DNA of 64,000 nucleotides, from the NCBI GenBank assembly GCA_036838085.1, contig DAITGX010000029.1, forward strand, positions 1 through 64,000, given 5' to 3'. Within the stretch, counting starts at the first letter, position 1. Each line of letters starts with the position of its first letter. This document shows, one piece after another, positions 1 through 10,082 of this stretch. The DNA comes from Polyangiaceae bacterium (GTDB taxonomy: Bacteria > Myxococcota_A > Polyangia > Polyangiales > Polyangiaceae). The notes beneath the pieces were generated by a model. That model ran no database searches and was not told the DNA's origin. It was given only the letters and a program-made list of their open reading frames with translations. The translations under genes and the position numbers were made by a program.

Positions 1-230
1 GAACGATTTTCGTCAAGTCCAGTAAAACCAGTGAAATATGAGGGGATCTTTCAGCATGATGAGGATACGAATGGGGAAATTGGCCGTGCCGCCATGTCAT
101 ATCGCCTGCCCGCGCCATACGATAGGCCATCCCTTATGGCATTGTCGTTTCGGTTCTCTGCGTCCGCATGCAAACCCGGACTGCCTCGCGTGCGTGGATA
201 CCCGCCCGCCCCGTCGAGTACACTACCCAC

Positions 231-2381
231 ATGAAACGCTCATCGGCTCCCTATCGCATCGCCATCGCAGCGACGTTGTTCGCTCACTCCGCCCACCCCC
301 AATCCGTGGTCTTTGCTCCCACGGGAACACAAGCCGATTTGCAAGCCGCCATCGAAGCCGTCGAATCACCGGCCGTGATCGTGATCCCCCCTGGCAAATG
401 GCAAGTCGTGGGGAGCATCAATCTCACGAAGGACGCCATCACCATCATTGGCGCGGGGATGGATAAAACCAGATTGCATAGAGATGCCCCTCCCCCCAAC
501 GCCGACGTCGCCACGCTCACCCAATACCGAGCCCCTTTCTTCCGCTCGAAAGCCACCAGTTCGGTTCGTCTTTCTTCGTTTGGGATCACGAGTTGGCAGG
601 CCGCCAGCCTCGAAGACCGAGAGGTCGGCATTTCTTTTTCGAATGTATCGGACTTTCGCGTGGATCAATGCTCCTTCCGTTTCACGGGAAATAGCGGCGT
701 CATGGTTGGGGGCGAGTCCCGGGGCGTAATCAACAATTGTACATTTCGGGATATATACGAAGCCAGCATCGGCAACTATGGCTATGGGGTTTCCGTCTAT
801 GGAACCGTTCATACGGGAGAACCTTACGGCACCGAGCGCGCCACCTTCATCGAAGACAGCCTCTTCGAAGGCTGCAGACACGCGGTCGCCTCGAACCGTG
901 GCGCGCGTTACGTATTCCGGCACAACACCGTGAAACACAACACCGTGTCCCACGCCATCGATACCCACGGCGCTGAATACCCTCCCAGTCCCAAACCCAC
1001 CTGTAACCCATGCTATGATCCGGATCCGGATAATCCGGGAACCGAATGGGCCATCGTTCACGACAATGTCATTGACGACCCCGACTACAGCGGCTCGGCC
1101 ATTACCCTGCGCGGCGGCAAGGGACTCGTCTATCAAAATACGATCCGCGGCTACACCAGGGCCATTCAACTCTCGAAACAGACGCCACAGGCCACGGGAC
1201 CCATTCATATCTGGGACAACGACATCATCGATCCCACGCAATTGGTCACCGGCGTTGGAACATGCTGCGGAAGTGGACCGACTTGGGAGCTGACCAAACC
1301 GAGTACGTACAATCCCTATCCGTATCCTCACCCTCTCACGGACCATCTGGTCGCTCACGCTGGACCGGATCAACGTGTCATGCCTCCCCCCCAGTCCAAG
1401 GTCGCTCAGGTATTCGTCGATGCCTCCGCCTCCAAAGCAAAAAAAGGCAATATTCAAGGCTTTGGTTGGTTCACCTCTCCTCAACCGAGTTCATCGTGCT
1501 CCCGCGACTTGCTCGAACTCCCCATCGGATCCCATGTCGTCTTGCTCGCGGTCCGCGGCCCAACCGGTTCCATCGAAGTGGATACTTTCACGGTCGACGT
1601 CCTGCCTCCGGGCCCGCTCGCATCCTCGAGTCAATGGAACAACCTTTTCTTTCCGCCGTTTCCAAAACAGGGAACCATCGTTTTCGATCTGGTTGCTCAT
1701 AGCAACAACCTCGATGCCTACGTTGGGCTCACAGGACGAATCCCTGTCCAATCCCACGGGGACCACGCCATGCAACTTCGGCTCAATAGCCAAGGAACCT
1801 TCGACGTTCGAAACGCGGAGGTCTACGAAGCCCTCGCTCCCATCCCCTACGAAAGCGGAAAAACTTATCATATTGCGATCGACTTCGATGTCGCCACACG
1901 GCGTTACGATGTGAGCGTGGATGGTAAGCCCATCGCCACACAATTCTCATTTCGAACTCCACAAGCCCTGATTGGACAGATCACGGCTTGGCATGTCGAT
2001 GGTTCGGCCGGGGTCGAAATCAAGGATCTGGCTTACTCGGGACAACAATTGGGCCCCGATCCCGCTTGCCAGGACCCCGTGGATGCGGGCGTGGACGCCA
2101 CGATTCCCGATGCACAACTACCATCCGACGCCGAACGAGACGTGGCCAAGGATGGTGTTTCGGATCATGCGGTCGAAGCCACCACACCCATGCCCAACGA
2201 TGCGGCAACCCCGCCAAGCGCCGATAGCCAGGAGGGCTGTGGTTGTCGCGTGCCCCAATCTCATAACCAACCGTATTCATTATGGTTAATCGTGTTTGGC
2301 GCCTTGTGCGGGTGCCGGGGCTTACGCCGGAACACCCATCGCAAAACAGACGATCATGGATGGTTCGAACCAACCCCATGA
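231..2381 (+). CDS. Secreted right-handed parallel beta-helix (pectate-lyase fold) protein with MYXO-CTERM-like C-terminal sorting tail
   Basis: ATG at 231 gives signal peptide MKRSSAPYRIAIAATLFAHSAHP. Beta-helix style repeats (…NNCTFRDIYEASIGNYGYGVSVYG…, …NTVKHNTVSHAIDTHG…). C-terminus GCGC + hydrophobic helix (SLWLIVFGAL) + Arg-rich (RGLRRNTHRK). Confidence 0.7.
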   Translation: MKRSSAPYRIAIAATLFAHSAHPQSVVFAPTGTQADLQAAIEAVESPAVIVIPPGKWQVVGSINLTKDAITIIGAGMDKTRLHRDAPPPNADVATLTQYRAPFFRSKATSSVRLSSFGITSWQAASLEDREVGISFSNVSDFRVDQCSFRFTGNSGVMVGGESRGVINNCTFRDIYEASIGNYGYGVSVYGTVHTGEPYGTERATFIEDSLFEGCRHAVASNRGARYVFRHNTVKHNTVSHAIDTHGAEYPPSPKPTCNPCYDPDPDNPGTEWAIVHDNVIDDPDYSGSAITLRGGKGLVYQNTIRGYTRAIQLSKQTPQATGPIHIWDNDIIDPTQLVTGVGTCCGSGPTWELTKPSTYNPYPYPHPLTDHLVAHAGPDQRVMPPPQSKVAQVFVDASASKAKKGNIQGFGWFTSPQPSSSCSRDLLELPIGSHVVLLAVRGPTGSIEVDTFTVDVLPPGPLASSSQWNNLFFPPFPKQGTIVFDLVAHSNNLDAYVGLTGRIPVQSHGDHAMQLRLNSQGTFDVRNAEVYEALAPIPYESGKTYHIAIDFDVATRRYDVSVDGKPIATQFSFRTPQALIGQITAWHVDGSAGVEIKDLAYSGQQLGPDPACQDPVDAGVDATIPDAQLPSDAERDVAKDGVSDHAVEATTPMPNDAATPPSADSQEGCGCRVPQSHNQPYSLWLIVFGALCGCRGLRRNTHRKTDDHGWFEPTP

Positions 2382-2693
2382 ACTCACCTCAGCCGACCGG
2401 ATCGCCGTAAAGGGCATGCTCGTAAACGTGCTCGCAACTATCCAGATACGGATATGCATCGGGGCAATGATCGGATGCCTTGGCATGGTTGCCATGCGGC
2501 AGACAGAACAAAGAGTCGGGTCATGCCATGGTTCAGCACGAATCCCGGACGCGGTGACTCCAACCGGCAACACGTCTGTGGCGCCTTCACACCACTGTGG
2601 TCTGTCCACAGCGCCACTTTTTCCGTTGAAAAGCGCAATGCCACGAAAAACGAGTTCATCTTCGCTGGCACAACCATTGCTCGTCATTGGGGC

Positions 2694-3533
2694 ATGAAGA
2701 CGCTCATCCCTTTCGTTTGCCTCACCAGTATGTTGTCGTTTTCCGCCTGTTCCATCGATTTGGAAAGCGAACCGGAGGGCCCCACGGCCAAAGATGCGCA
2801 GCAGGCTTGGCCTACCAAGCCCACCGTAGAACCCATCAGTCTCGAGTCGATAACCCGTGCGTGCATTGCCTACACCGCATGCGATGCGGACAATGCCCTC
2901 GGCCTCATGCAAGTAGAAATCTGTTTGACAGACCTGGCTTGGTCCGCTGAACGAGCCATCCCCATCTCCACGTCAAACCTTTTGTTTTCCGTGTTGGGTG
3001 ACACCAACGAACGAGCAGAATTCTTCGTGGATTGCGTAGAAAAATCCAAGGATTGCGGCGAAATCAAAGGATGCATCACCTCACGGGAAGCGGACTTCTC
3101 ATGCGAAGAAGATGGCTGCAAAGCCAATACAACATACTCCGTGTCCTGCGATGGAACCGTCGCCGTCATGACAACCGACAACTCCACCATCCGTCGTGAT
3201 TGCGCCCGCGTCTTCGGTGAATGTGACTCGAAAAGCCCCACGGGTTGCACCGACCGACACTACACCGCGTCTCCCTCCTCTCCTCCTCAGCCCGACCGTT
3301 GCGATGGCGATGTCCGTCTCGGTTGTGACAGTCTCCAACAAGTCAGCTACCGCGATTGCTCGAGGCTGAACGGCGTGTGCAAGCAAACCGAGGATTCCGC
3401 CATCTGCCACTACGGCGACGCCATCTGTGAGAAAACAGTGCGATGCGAAGGAGAAACGTTACACGCTTGTCTCGATGGAGCATCAGCTACCGTCCAAGCC
3501 CCCCACTTGTGTCCGCCCCCGGACCAACCATAA
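2694..3533 (+). CDS. Cys-rich secreted lipoprotein (unknown function)
   Basis: Internal ATG at 2694 gives MKTLIPFVCLTSMLSFSAC (lipobox-like). About 30 Cys in the mature part, suggesting a disulfide-rich extracellular domain. Follows the beta-helix gene closely on the same strand. Confidence 0.55.
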   Translation: MKTLIPFVCLTSMLSFSACSIDLESEPEGPTAKDAQQAWPTKPTVEPISLESITRACIAYTACDADNALGLMQVEICLTDLAWSAERAIPISTSNLLFSVLGDTNERAEFFVDCVEKSKDCGEIKGCITSREADFSCEEDGCKANTTYSVSCDGTVAVMTTDNSTIRRDCARVFGECDSKSPTGCTDRHYTASPSSPPQPDRCDGDVRLGCDSLQQVSYRDCSRLNGVCKQTEDSAICHYGDAICEKTVRCEGETLHACLDGASATVQAPHLCPPPDQP

Positions 3534-3536
3534 GCC

Positions 3537-4964
3537 TTACCAAAGACCACTCCACCCAACGCCCATCACCGGAGCATACGTACCGTCCGCTCGTAAGCTT
3601 TGTCCGATCACCCCCGCCATGGGATGAGTCAAAGGCGCGTCGGCGCTTTTTTCTTCACTCGCCGCTGTCATCCAAAACGCTGCCAATCCCCCCGCCACAG
3701 CGCCAGACATCGTCACCAACACCCACGCACGTTGCCGCCCTTCGGTCGAATCACCGATGAGAAGCGGGCTTCCCACAGCCGCAAAAGACAGCGCCCCAAG
3801 CCCAGCACCCACGTCCACCATCATGATGCGCGAAGGCGATTCCTGCACCCAACGTCCCCATATTCCACCGACCGCAACGCCCCCCAGAGCACCGTATCCA
3901 AGGCCTTCGTAGGGAGTCACATCGGCCTTGCCACGAATCGCCATCTCCACGCCAGCCCCCAAACCCGTACCGATAAATCCACCAGAATGCGCCACCGCCG
4001 CGCCACCTGTGCCCATGCCGGCAAAGCTCAGGGATATCGACGCCAACGACACGCCGGCCAGGCCACTTCCCACGGCCCACGCATAGCGATCCAATTCAGG
4101 CTGCACGTCGCGCCCCTTCGCCAACATCATTCCCCCGAAGACCGGCCAAACCGCCCCCGCGGACATATACCACGCGTCCCCAAGGCCCACGTCCCACTCC
4201 TCCGCAATGATCAGCGCACCCCCAAAACCCACGCCCGTTCCAAGCGCCATCAACGGATACGTCAGCCTCGCATCGTCCGATCCACTCGATTTTTGAAGAG
4301 AATATCCAACGAATCCGCCCAGCGCCGCCGCATGCATCACAAGCACCGCCCTTCCCTCGGAGCGACGTTGTTCCGGTCTCATCGGACGTAGATCTCCTTC
4401 GAATCCAGAACCCCGATCGTCGTAGGAAGGCCTTGCCCCACGCACAAGGTCGCGAAACATCACGACGGCTCGAACCTGGAAGTCCTCCGATGATACCGTC
4501 TCGGTGCGAACCAAAACGTGCTCCCCTCTCGGTGGCACCAAAAGCAAACGAAGGACGATATCCGAACCTTCGAATTCGAGGCGTGGTGATAACTGCCACG
4601 AAACGGAACGGGAAGCGCGGGCGAGCAATTCCCGCTCCGACACAATGACATCGGAGGTGCGAGGCTCCGACAAGTCGACGACAAACCCAAGGTCTTGCGC
4701 CGTGTCGTGCAGCAGATTGTCCAACTCCCGCGCCTTGGTCCAAAGAAGACCATTTTGCAATTCGGGACGCCCCAGGGCCTTATCCGTAGGCACTTCACCC
4801 GTGGGCGTCAGGGTCGGAAGAATGACAATCCTGACCTCTTGCGCAACGGAAGAGGATGAGTCCTGGGCGTGAGCGCGCGGCGACACGCCCGCCACAAAGC
4901 ACGCAAGGCCGAGCCATGATGCTTTTGCGAAACGCCTCAGAACATCACAACGCCATTGAGCCAC
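3537..4964 (-). CDS. Signal-peptide protein with periplasmic N-domain and Gly-rich multi-helix membrane C-domain (unknown)
   Basis: N-terminal MAQWRC…AGVSPRAHAQ signal. C-half has repeated GxxxG/AxxxG-rich hydrophobic segments. Long ORF with coding-like composition. Confidence 0.55.
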   Translation of the reverse strand: MAQWRCDVLRRFAKASWLGLACFVAGVSPRAHAQDSSSSVAQEVRIVILPTLTPTGEVPTDKALGRPELQNGLLWTKARELDNLLHDTAQDLGFVVDLSEPRTSDVIVSERELLARASRSVSWQLSPRLEFEGSDIVLRLLLVPPRGEHVLVRTETVSSEDFQVRAVVMFRDLVRGARPSYDDRGSGFEGDLRPMRPEQRRSEGRAVLVMHAAALGGFVGYSLQKSSGSDDARLTYPLMALGTGVGFGGALIIAEEWDVGLGDAWYMSAGAVWPVFGGMMLAKGRDVQPELDRYAWAVGSGLAGVSLASISLSFAGMGTGGAAVAHSGGFIGTGLGAGVEMAIRGKADVTPYEGLGYGALGGVAVGGIWGRWVQESPSRIMMVDVGAGLGALSFAAVGSPLLIGDSTEGRQRAWVLVTMSGAVAGGLAAFWMTAASEEKSADAPLTHPMAGVIGQSLRADGTYAPVMGVGWSGLW

Positions 4965-6511
4965 AGGTCCACCACGCTGACATCGTCAACCTTGAACCGT
5001 TGCCCAACCTGGTTGATCGACGGTCGATAGTTGGGATTCGGAATACCGGTCGCGCTGAACGTGGAAGTATCCCCCACCCGAGACACGTTTCGGCAAGGGC
5101 CCGCCTTCGACATGTCTTTTTTGAAGTCCGGGTTACACGGCTGGTCCATCGTGATGAAGTGCGGCTGCACATACATATATCCCACGCCGAGTTGGAACTT
5201 CACATACTCGCCCGCCTGCCACGTCACGCTACCCGAAGCCCGAAACTTGCCATGGGCCTGCACATCCGTAAGCCCTGTGAAGTACACCTTCTGCGATGAT
5301 GGATTGACCACGGAAGGATAGGTTTGCGCCGTCGCAGGATCGGGATTGCGCTGGTACGAAGCGTAGTTGGGACGACGCAAAGACATCGCGTCGCTGGAGC
5401 CCAGGGCATCAAAAAGCTCACTATAATCGCGGCCTTCCGAACGATAGGCCCCTTCGACGCGCGCATCGAAGGTGAGCCGTTGGAACTGCTCCCGATTCTC
5501 CCAAGGAATGACCATCATCCCCATGACCATCCATCCTTCCAACGGCGGATGGTTGACCAACGATCCCTCCAGATCCATCAAACCATAATCGCTCTTGTCC
5601 GTGGGAAACTCGAATAGTGCCCGGAAACCACCGTACGGCTCCAGATACTTGATACGTCGCGAGACCAACGTATGCACTTCGATACCGGTGGTGCCACGAC
5701 TCACCCCCGCGGACCGCTCCCCCGCTTTCGTTCCCTCGAGTTGATACGTCTGCCCAGTATGATCCGTATACGCGTAATTACCCGCCGTCCCATCGCGATT
5801 GACGTCGGATGGATCTGCACAGGAAACCTGCTTGTTGCCTTGATTGCCCCCCCCCGCACCACAGGCATGCATCGGCTCACTGAGACTGAACCTTCCCTCG
5901 AAACCAAACAACCACGTGGGTTTCGTGGCATCCCGTGCCTGGTTCATGATGTTCACATCAAACCCTAGCGCGAGATACTCGATACCCGATCGGTCCGGAG
6001 ATTCGAAGGGCAGACGAAACAACTGCTCTCCCGGCATCCCCGCAAGCACGACGCTCTGCACCCGATCGCTTCCATCAAGACCCGACAACTTGCTCGAGTC
6101 ATTCAAGATGATCGGCATGCGAAGGTAAAGCGCGACATCCTTGTACAACCCCACATCCACCCGCGTGTTGAGCCTCGAAGTCGAGCCGGAATACTTCGCC
6201 ACGTTCATCGTGTCCGCCACGTATCCGCCCGACGACAATGAGCCTTGGTCAATCGAGGTTTCACGCACGATGTTGGCGTTCTTCCACATATGTTGATAGC
6301 CAAGGGTGAGGTGCAAATCGAAAAGGTCGTCGTCGTCGAAAGCGTCGACTACGGCCGTCACCTCACCAGGCTCGTTGAGTACGGGCCGTTCCGTTGCCTT
6401 ATACGGCTCGTCCGCATAACCGGGCGAAACACCAAAAAGCATCGCGAACGCAACGAGGGCCCCACATCCCACCGGCACCGAATAGAGCGATTTCGTGGCC
6501 ATTAAGCACAT
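4937..6511 (-). CDS. Outer-membrane beta-barrel protein (unknown family)
   Basis: Signal peptide (…ALVAFAMLFGVSPGYA). Alternating amphipathic beta-strand pattern. C-terminal …NGVVMF with terminal Phe, typical of OMP barrels. Start uncertain (M1 or M4). Confidence 0.55.
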   Translation of the reverse strand: MCLMATKSLYSVPVGCGALVAFAMLFGVSPGYADEPYKATERPVLNEPGEVTAVVDAFDDDDLFDLHLTLGYQHMWKNANIVRETSIDQGSLSSGGYVADTMNVAKYSGSTSRLNTRVDVGLYKDVALYLRMPIILNDSSKLSGLDGSDRVQSVVLAGMPGEQLFRLPFESPDRSGIEYLALGFDVNIMNQARDATKPTWLFGFEGRFSLSEPMHACGAGGGNQGNKQVSCADPSDVNRDGTAGNYAYTDHTGQTYQLEGTKAGERSAGVSRGTTGIEVHTLVSRRIKYLEPYGGFRALFEFPTDKSDYGLMDLEGSLVNHPPLEGWMVMGMMVIPWENREQFQRLTFDARVEGAYRSEGRDYSELFDALGSSDAMSLRRPNYASYQRNPDPATAQTYPSVVNPSSQKVYFTGLTDVQAHGKFRASGSVTWQAGEYVKFQLGVGYMYVQPHFITMDQPCNPDFKKDMSKAGPCRNVSRVGDTSTFSATGIPNPNYRPSINQVGQRFKVDDVSVVDLWLNGVVMF

Positions 6512-6686
6512 GTCCGTGTCGCGGACGGTAATGGCCTGGGTGATGGGATGTCAATGAATTACTCCCCGACGGGCCGATCCTTGGGTTTCCCCGAACGTCC
6601 GACGCTGGATTTCATGGCTTTGGATTCGAGGCTTGCCGAAGGGAAAAAGCGCGGTCGAACCTTTGGGGCAAGGGAGCGAGTCCCTT

Positions 6687-8060
6687 TCATTCCCTATCTC
6701 GGTTGATCGTATTCGGAATGGTGGGACGAGAATGAATGTCCTGCTCCTCCGCCGACACGGTGTCTTCGGACTGTTCATCGCGAAAAATATCCGCGGTGAT
6801 GTCCTCGATTTCCATTTCCTCCCGCGCCGTTCGCAAGTCTTTCGTGGTCCGATCCAACCGGTCGGCCAGAACACCGAGAAATTGCCAGAGCAATTTGACG
6901 GCCATCTCGTGCTCTTTTCGTAAAATATCAAAGAAATCCGTACGGTTAATCGCAATGATCTCGCTTTTGGTTTCGGCCATGACATCCGCGCTTCGGGGCT
7001 GGCTTCGAATCAACGCCATCTCCCCAAAATGCTCCCCCTGTCCCAAGGTCGACAATTCTGCATCGCCCTTGAACACTTTGACCTGACCCGACAGCATGAT
7101 GAAAAGCTCATCACCTCGATCCCCGTCCCGAATCACTTGTTGTCCTGGCTCGTAGGTTCGCACCTCCGCCACTTGCATCACTCGCATCAATTCACGCTCG
7201 GATAGCTTGCCGAACAACGGCATGCGCATCAACACCTCGCGCTTGAGCGCCAAACGCTGAGCACGCTGCGCTTCCATCGCCGTGCCCTCGCCCACCACCC
7301 GCACCAACACCACCGTGATATTGTCTTTTCCCCCTTTTTCATTGGCCATCGCGATGAGCGCTCGAGCCGCCTGCCCCTCCGGCATCGCAAGAGGTGCCTC
7401 GAGTTCTTGCATGCTATCGAGGTAGCCATGCAGCCCATCCGAACACAATACGAGCTGGTCGCCCGGCAGCAATTCGAACGATAGCGTGTCCACCTCTACC
7501 TGTTCGTAAACCCCCAACGCTCGCGTGATCGCATGTTTCTGCGCAACCTTCTCGATTTGATCCCGCGACAACTTACCCCGTTTGACCAGTTCGTTGAAAA
7601 CCGTATGGTCTTCCGTGATCTGACGCCCCTTGCCGTTTCGTACGAGATAGATCCGCGAATCGCCCACGTGAGCAATGAAACCCCGGTTCCCACACACCAA
7701 AAGAAGCGACAACGTCGTGCCCATTCCCCGTTTGGCCACATCCACTTGGGCCGCTTCATAGATGTGCTTGCACGCCTGCTGAACCGAATACTCCAGCAGG
7801 TTCAACACCCCCTTGACCGTCACCCGCGAAGCCCCTGAAGCTCCCGACAGAAAGTCGTCGAGCAACGTTCGCTCGCCTTTTATCTTCTCGTGAATCGTCC
7901 GAACCGCCAGCGCACTCGCTATCTCACCCGCCGCATGCCCCCCCATCCCGTCTGCCACCATGAACAACGATAATCCCTTGTCAACAAGGAAGTTGTCTTC
8001 ATTGTGGTCGCGTTTGCGTCCAACGTCCGTCTCGGCGTGAAACAGGATGTTCGTCCCCAT
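6687..8060 (-). CDS. PP2C-family Ser/Thr phosphatase fused to cyclic-nucleotide-binding (CAP-like) domain
   Basis: N-terminus [14 protein letters not shown]…[17 protein letters not shown] (PP2C motifs). C-terminus …[19 protein letters not shown]…[12 protein letters not shown]…RSADV (cNMP-binding signature). Confidence 0.85.
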   Translation of the reverse strand: MGTNILFHAETDVGRKRDHNEDNFLVDKGLSLFMVADGMGGHAAGEIASALAVRTIHEKIKGERTLLDDFLSGASGASRVTVKGVLNLLEYSVQQACKHIYEAAQVDVAKRGMGTTLSLLLVCGNRGFIAHVGDSRIYLVRNGKGRQITEDHTVFNELVKRGKLSRDQIEKVAQKHAITRALGVYEQVEVDTLSFELLPGDQLVLCSDGLHGYLDSMQELEAPLAMPEGQAARALIAMANEKGGKDNITVVLVRVVGEGTAMEAQRAQRLALKREVLMRMPLFGKLSERELMRVMQVAEVRTYEPGQQVIRDGDRGDELFIMLSGQVKVFKGDAELSTLGQGEHFGEMALIRSQPRSADVMAETKSEIIAINRTDFFDILRKEHEMAVKLLWQFLGVLADRLDRTTKDLRTAREEMEIEDITADIFRDEQSEDTVSAEEQDIHSRPTIPNTINRDRE

Positions 8061-8154
8061 GCCTCGTTCCGTCGTGTGATTGATAACCGACCATACTCAA
8101 TCGCCATGGTCGATGCGAGCCCTGGCGCACGTTGGCCCAACCCATCCGTGTCGC

Positions 8155-9165
8155 TCAAGCATCCATCCGCGGATTCGCCGACAGTCCAGACCGCTCCGGT
8201 TTGACGTTTCCAGTCGGTACGGCCCCTGGTCGACGCCCCGCCGCCAACGCTCGGAACTCTCGAAGTTCCTTGAGCAATGTCTCAATATTGACCTCGTTCT
8301 TCAAATTCACTTTGAAGTCCGTCTCCGCTTCCTTTCGATCCTTGGCTGCCTGTCGGTTCTGGCTCATCACGATGAGCGGCCCTTGCAACGCCACCAATAC
8401 CGCAAGCAATAAATTGAAAAATTGATAGGGATATTCGTCGGGCGCGTGCGAAAACACCACTCCAGGAATGTTGATGAGCACCCATCCTACCGTCAACCCC
8501 GATAGGATAAGGATGAACGACCAACTGCCATTCAACTCCGCCACCCGATCGGCCAGACGATCCGCCCAGCCCATCCCCTTTTCAAACTCCTCGATCACAT
8601 TGCGTGCCGCTCGCTCGCTCAACATCGCGTTGGTCTGACGCAACCTTTCGGACATTGTTCGTAAAATGGCCATCGCCGCCCGCGGACGACGTTCCAAGTA
8701 CGATGTCAACACGGTTCTTCCCAACTCCAAAAGCACCGTATCGGTCATGGCTTGGGCACTTGCACTCCGCGGCTTGTCGTCGAATAGCGCGACTTCCCCA
8801 AATACTTTTCCCACGGTCAAGTCCGCCAACGACACGCGCGTCGTTGGATCGCCCGGCAGATGAATATTCACCGTGCCCTCGGCGACAAGGTACATCGTAT
8901 CGCCCGCCTCCCCTGCTTCGAATACGACCTGGCCCGCCGAATAGCGTCGTTCCACGAGTTCCGCGGCGAGGTCCTCGACGTCCTGATCATCGAGCCCCTC
9001 GAACATCGGAATGCTTCGGAGCAGGTCAGCGGGGTTTTTCACGACCCGCTCAGTGTGGCGCGCCTTTCCCTCACTTGCAATACTTGCGATGGCGGAAGGC
9101 GACTCTCCCTTTCGTTCCTTGCCCAATGTGCTAGACGACGCGCGTGAACGAAGCCATTGCAGCAC
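8155..9165 (-). CDS. Cyclic-nucleotide-binding domain protein with C-terminal DUF1003 membrane domain
   Basis: cNMP-binding motif (…IPMFEGLDDQDVEDLAAEL…FGEVALFDDKPRSASAQA). C-terminus GSWSFILILSGLTVGWVLIN…YPYQFFNLLLAVLVALQGPLIVMSQNRQAAKDRKEAETDFKVNLKNE matches the DUF1003 consensus (SQNRQ…KDR…NL). Exact start (ATG 9165 or GTG ~9045) uncertain. Confidence 0.8.
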   Translation of the reverse strand: MLQWLRSRASSSTLGKERKGESPSAIASIASEGKARHTERVVKNPADLLRSIPMFEGLDDQDVEDLAAELVERRYSAGQVVFEAGEAGDTMYLVAEGTVNIHLPGDPTTRVSLADLTVGKVFGEVALFDDKPRSASAQAMTDTVLLELGRTVLTSYLERRPRAAMAILRTMSERLRQTNAMLSERAARNVIEEFEKGMGWADRLADRVAELNGSWSFILILSGLTVGWVLINIPGVVFSHAPDEYPYQFFNLLLAVLVALQGPLIVMSQNRQAAKDRKEAETDFKVNLKNEVNIETLLKELREFRALAAGRRPGAVPTGNVKPERSGLSANPRMDA

Positions 9166-10073
9166 AATGCGACGCTGCCTTTCTCATTCTCGACCATGCC
9201 GTCGCACGCGCCGAAGGGGCGCCCACCACCGCCCCCAACCTCCGCGTCACACCAGATTTTCCACTCGCTACACGCACCGCTCCTCAACAAGTGCGCCTCA
9301 GACTCGACCGCACGCTCATGGCCCCCGACCCGGAAAGCGGCCTCGATGCTCTGCTCGATTACGGTGTGCTCGACGCCCTGCTTCCGGAAGTCTCTGCCTT
9401 GGTCGGATTCGGGGATGGCGAATGGCGTCATAAAGACGTTTGGAAACATACGAAACAAGTCGTTCGACAAGCAGAAGCTCGCCTGTCCGTGCGCTGGGCT
9501 GCCCTTTTGCACGATGTGGGGAAAGTCAAAACACGAAGCATCAGCGCCGACGGCCAAGTTCATTTCTTTGGGCATGCGGAGTTGGGCGCACGCATGTTCG
9601 ACCGCATTGGAAAACGATTGGGATTTTTTGAGCCCCCCCTGCACCGAAGCATCCGCTTTCTCATCTTGCACCACCTTCGCGCCAACCAATACGAAAAGGA
9701 TTGGACCGATAGCGCGGTGCGCAGATTCGCACGGGAAATCGGCGCCGAACTCGATGACCTGTTGTGCCTCTCGCGCGCTGATATCACCACCAAACGCCCG
9801 GAGAAAAAACGCCGCGGGCTGCAGCAGATCGCAGAACTTTCTGAACGAATTCGCGAACTTGCCGTTCTCGACGCCCGCGTGCCTCCCCTGCCCTCCGGCG
9901 TCGGCAACGAAATCATGGACGCCTTCGGCATCCCCCCTTCACGCCTCATCGGCCAAATCAAACAAGCCCTGGAACAAGCCATCGAAGAAGGCGAACTGCC
10001 GGGTCACGAACCCTCCGCCTTCTACGTCGCCTTCCTCAAAGAAAACCGAACCCGATTCGGCCTGCCCGAATGA
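9144..10073 (+). CDS. Stand-alone HD-domain phosphohydrolase resembling the C-terminal HD/2',3'-cyclic phosphodiesterase half of class-II CCA-adding enzymes
   Basis: …LLPEVSALVGFGDGEWRHKDVWKHT…RWAALLHDVGK…FFGHAELGARMF…ILHHLR aligns with the E. coli Cca region [22 protein letters not shown]…ATLCHDLGK. No nucleotidyltransferase head domain is present upstream. Confidence 0.7.
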   Translation: MNEAIAAQCDAAFLILDHAVARAEGAPTTAPNLRVTPDFPLATRTAPQQVRLRLDRTLMAPDPESGLDALLDYGVLDALLPEVSALVGFGDGEWRHKDVWKHTKQVVRQAEARLSVRWAALLHDVGKVKTRSISADGQVHFFGHAELGARMFDRIGKRLGFFEPPLHRSIRFLILHHLRANQYEKDWTDSAVRRFAREIGAELDDLLCLSRADITTKRPEKKRRGLQQIAELSERIRELAVLDARVPPLPSGVGNEIMDAFGIPPSRLIGQIKQALEQAIEEGELPGHEPSAFYVAFLKENRTRFGLPE

Positions 10074-10082
10074 CCCGACGCA

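Noticed and set aside
366-1484. 372-aa minus-strand ORF inside the beta-helix gene
   Set aside because: Antisense shadow ORF typical of high-GC DNA. Arg/Gly-rich with no motifs. The plus-strand gene has a clear signal peptide and domain repeats.
3600-4391. 263-aa plus-strand Arg/His-rich ORF
   Set aside because: Shadow of the minus-strand membrane protein gene. Composition (R, H, P, S) is typical of the wrong frame in GC-rich sequence.
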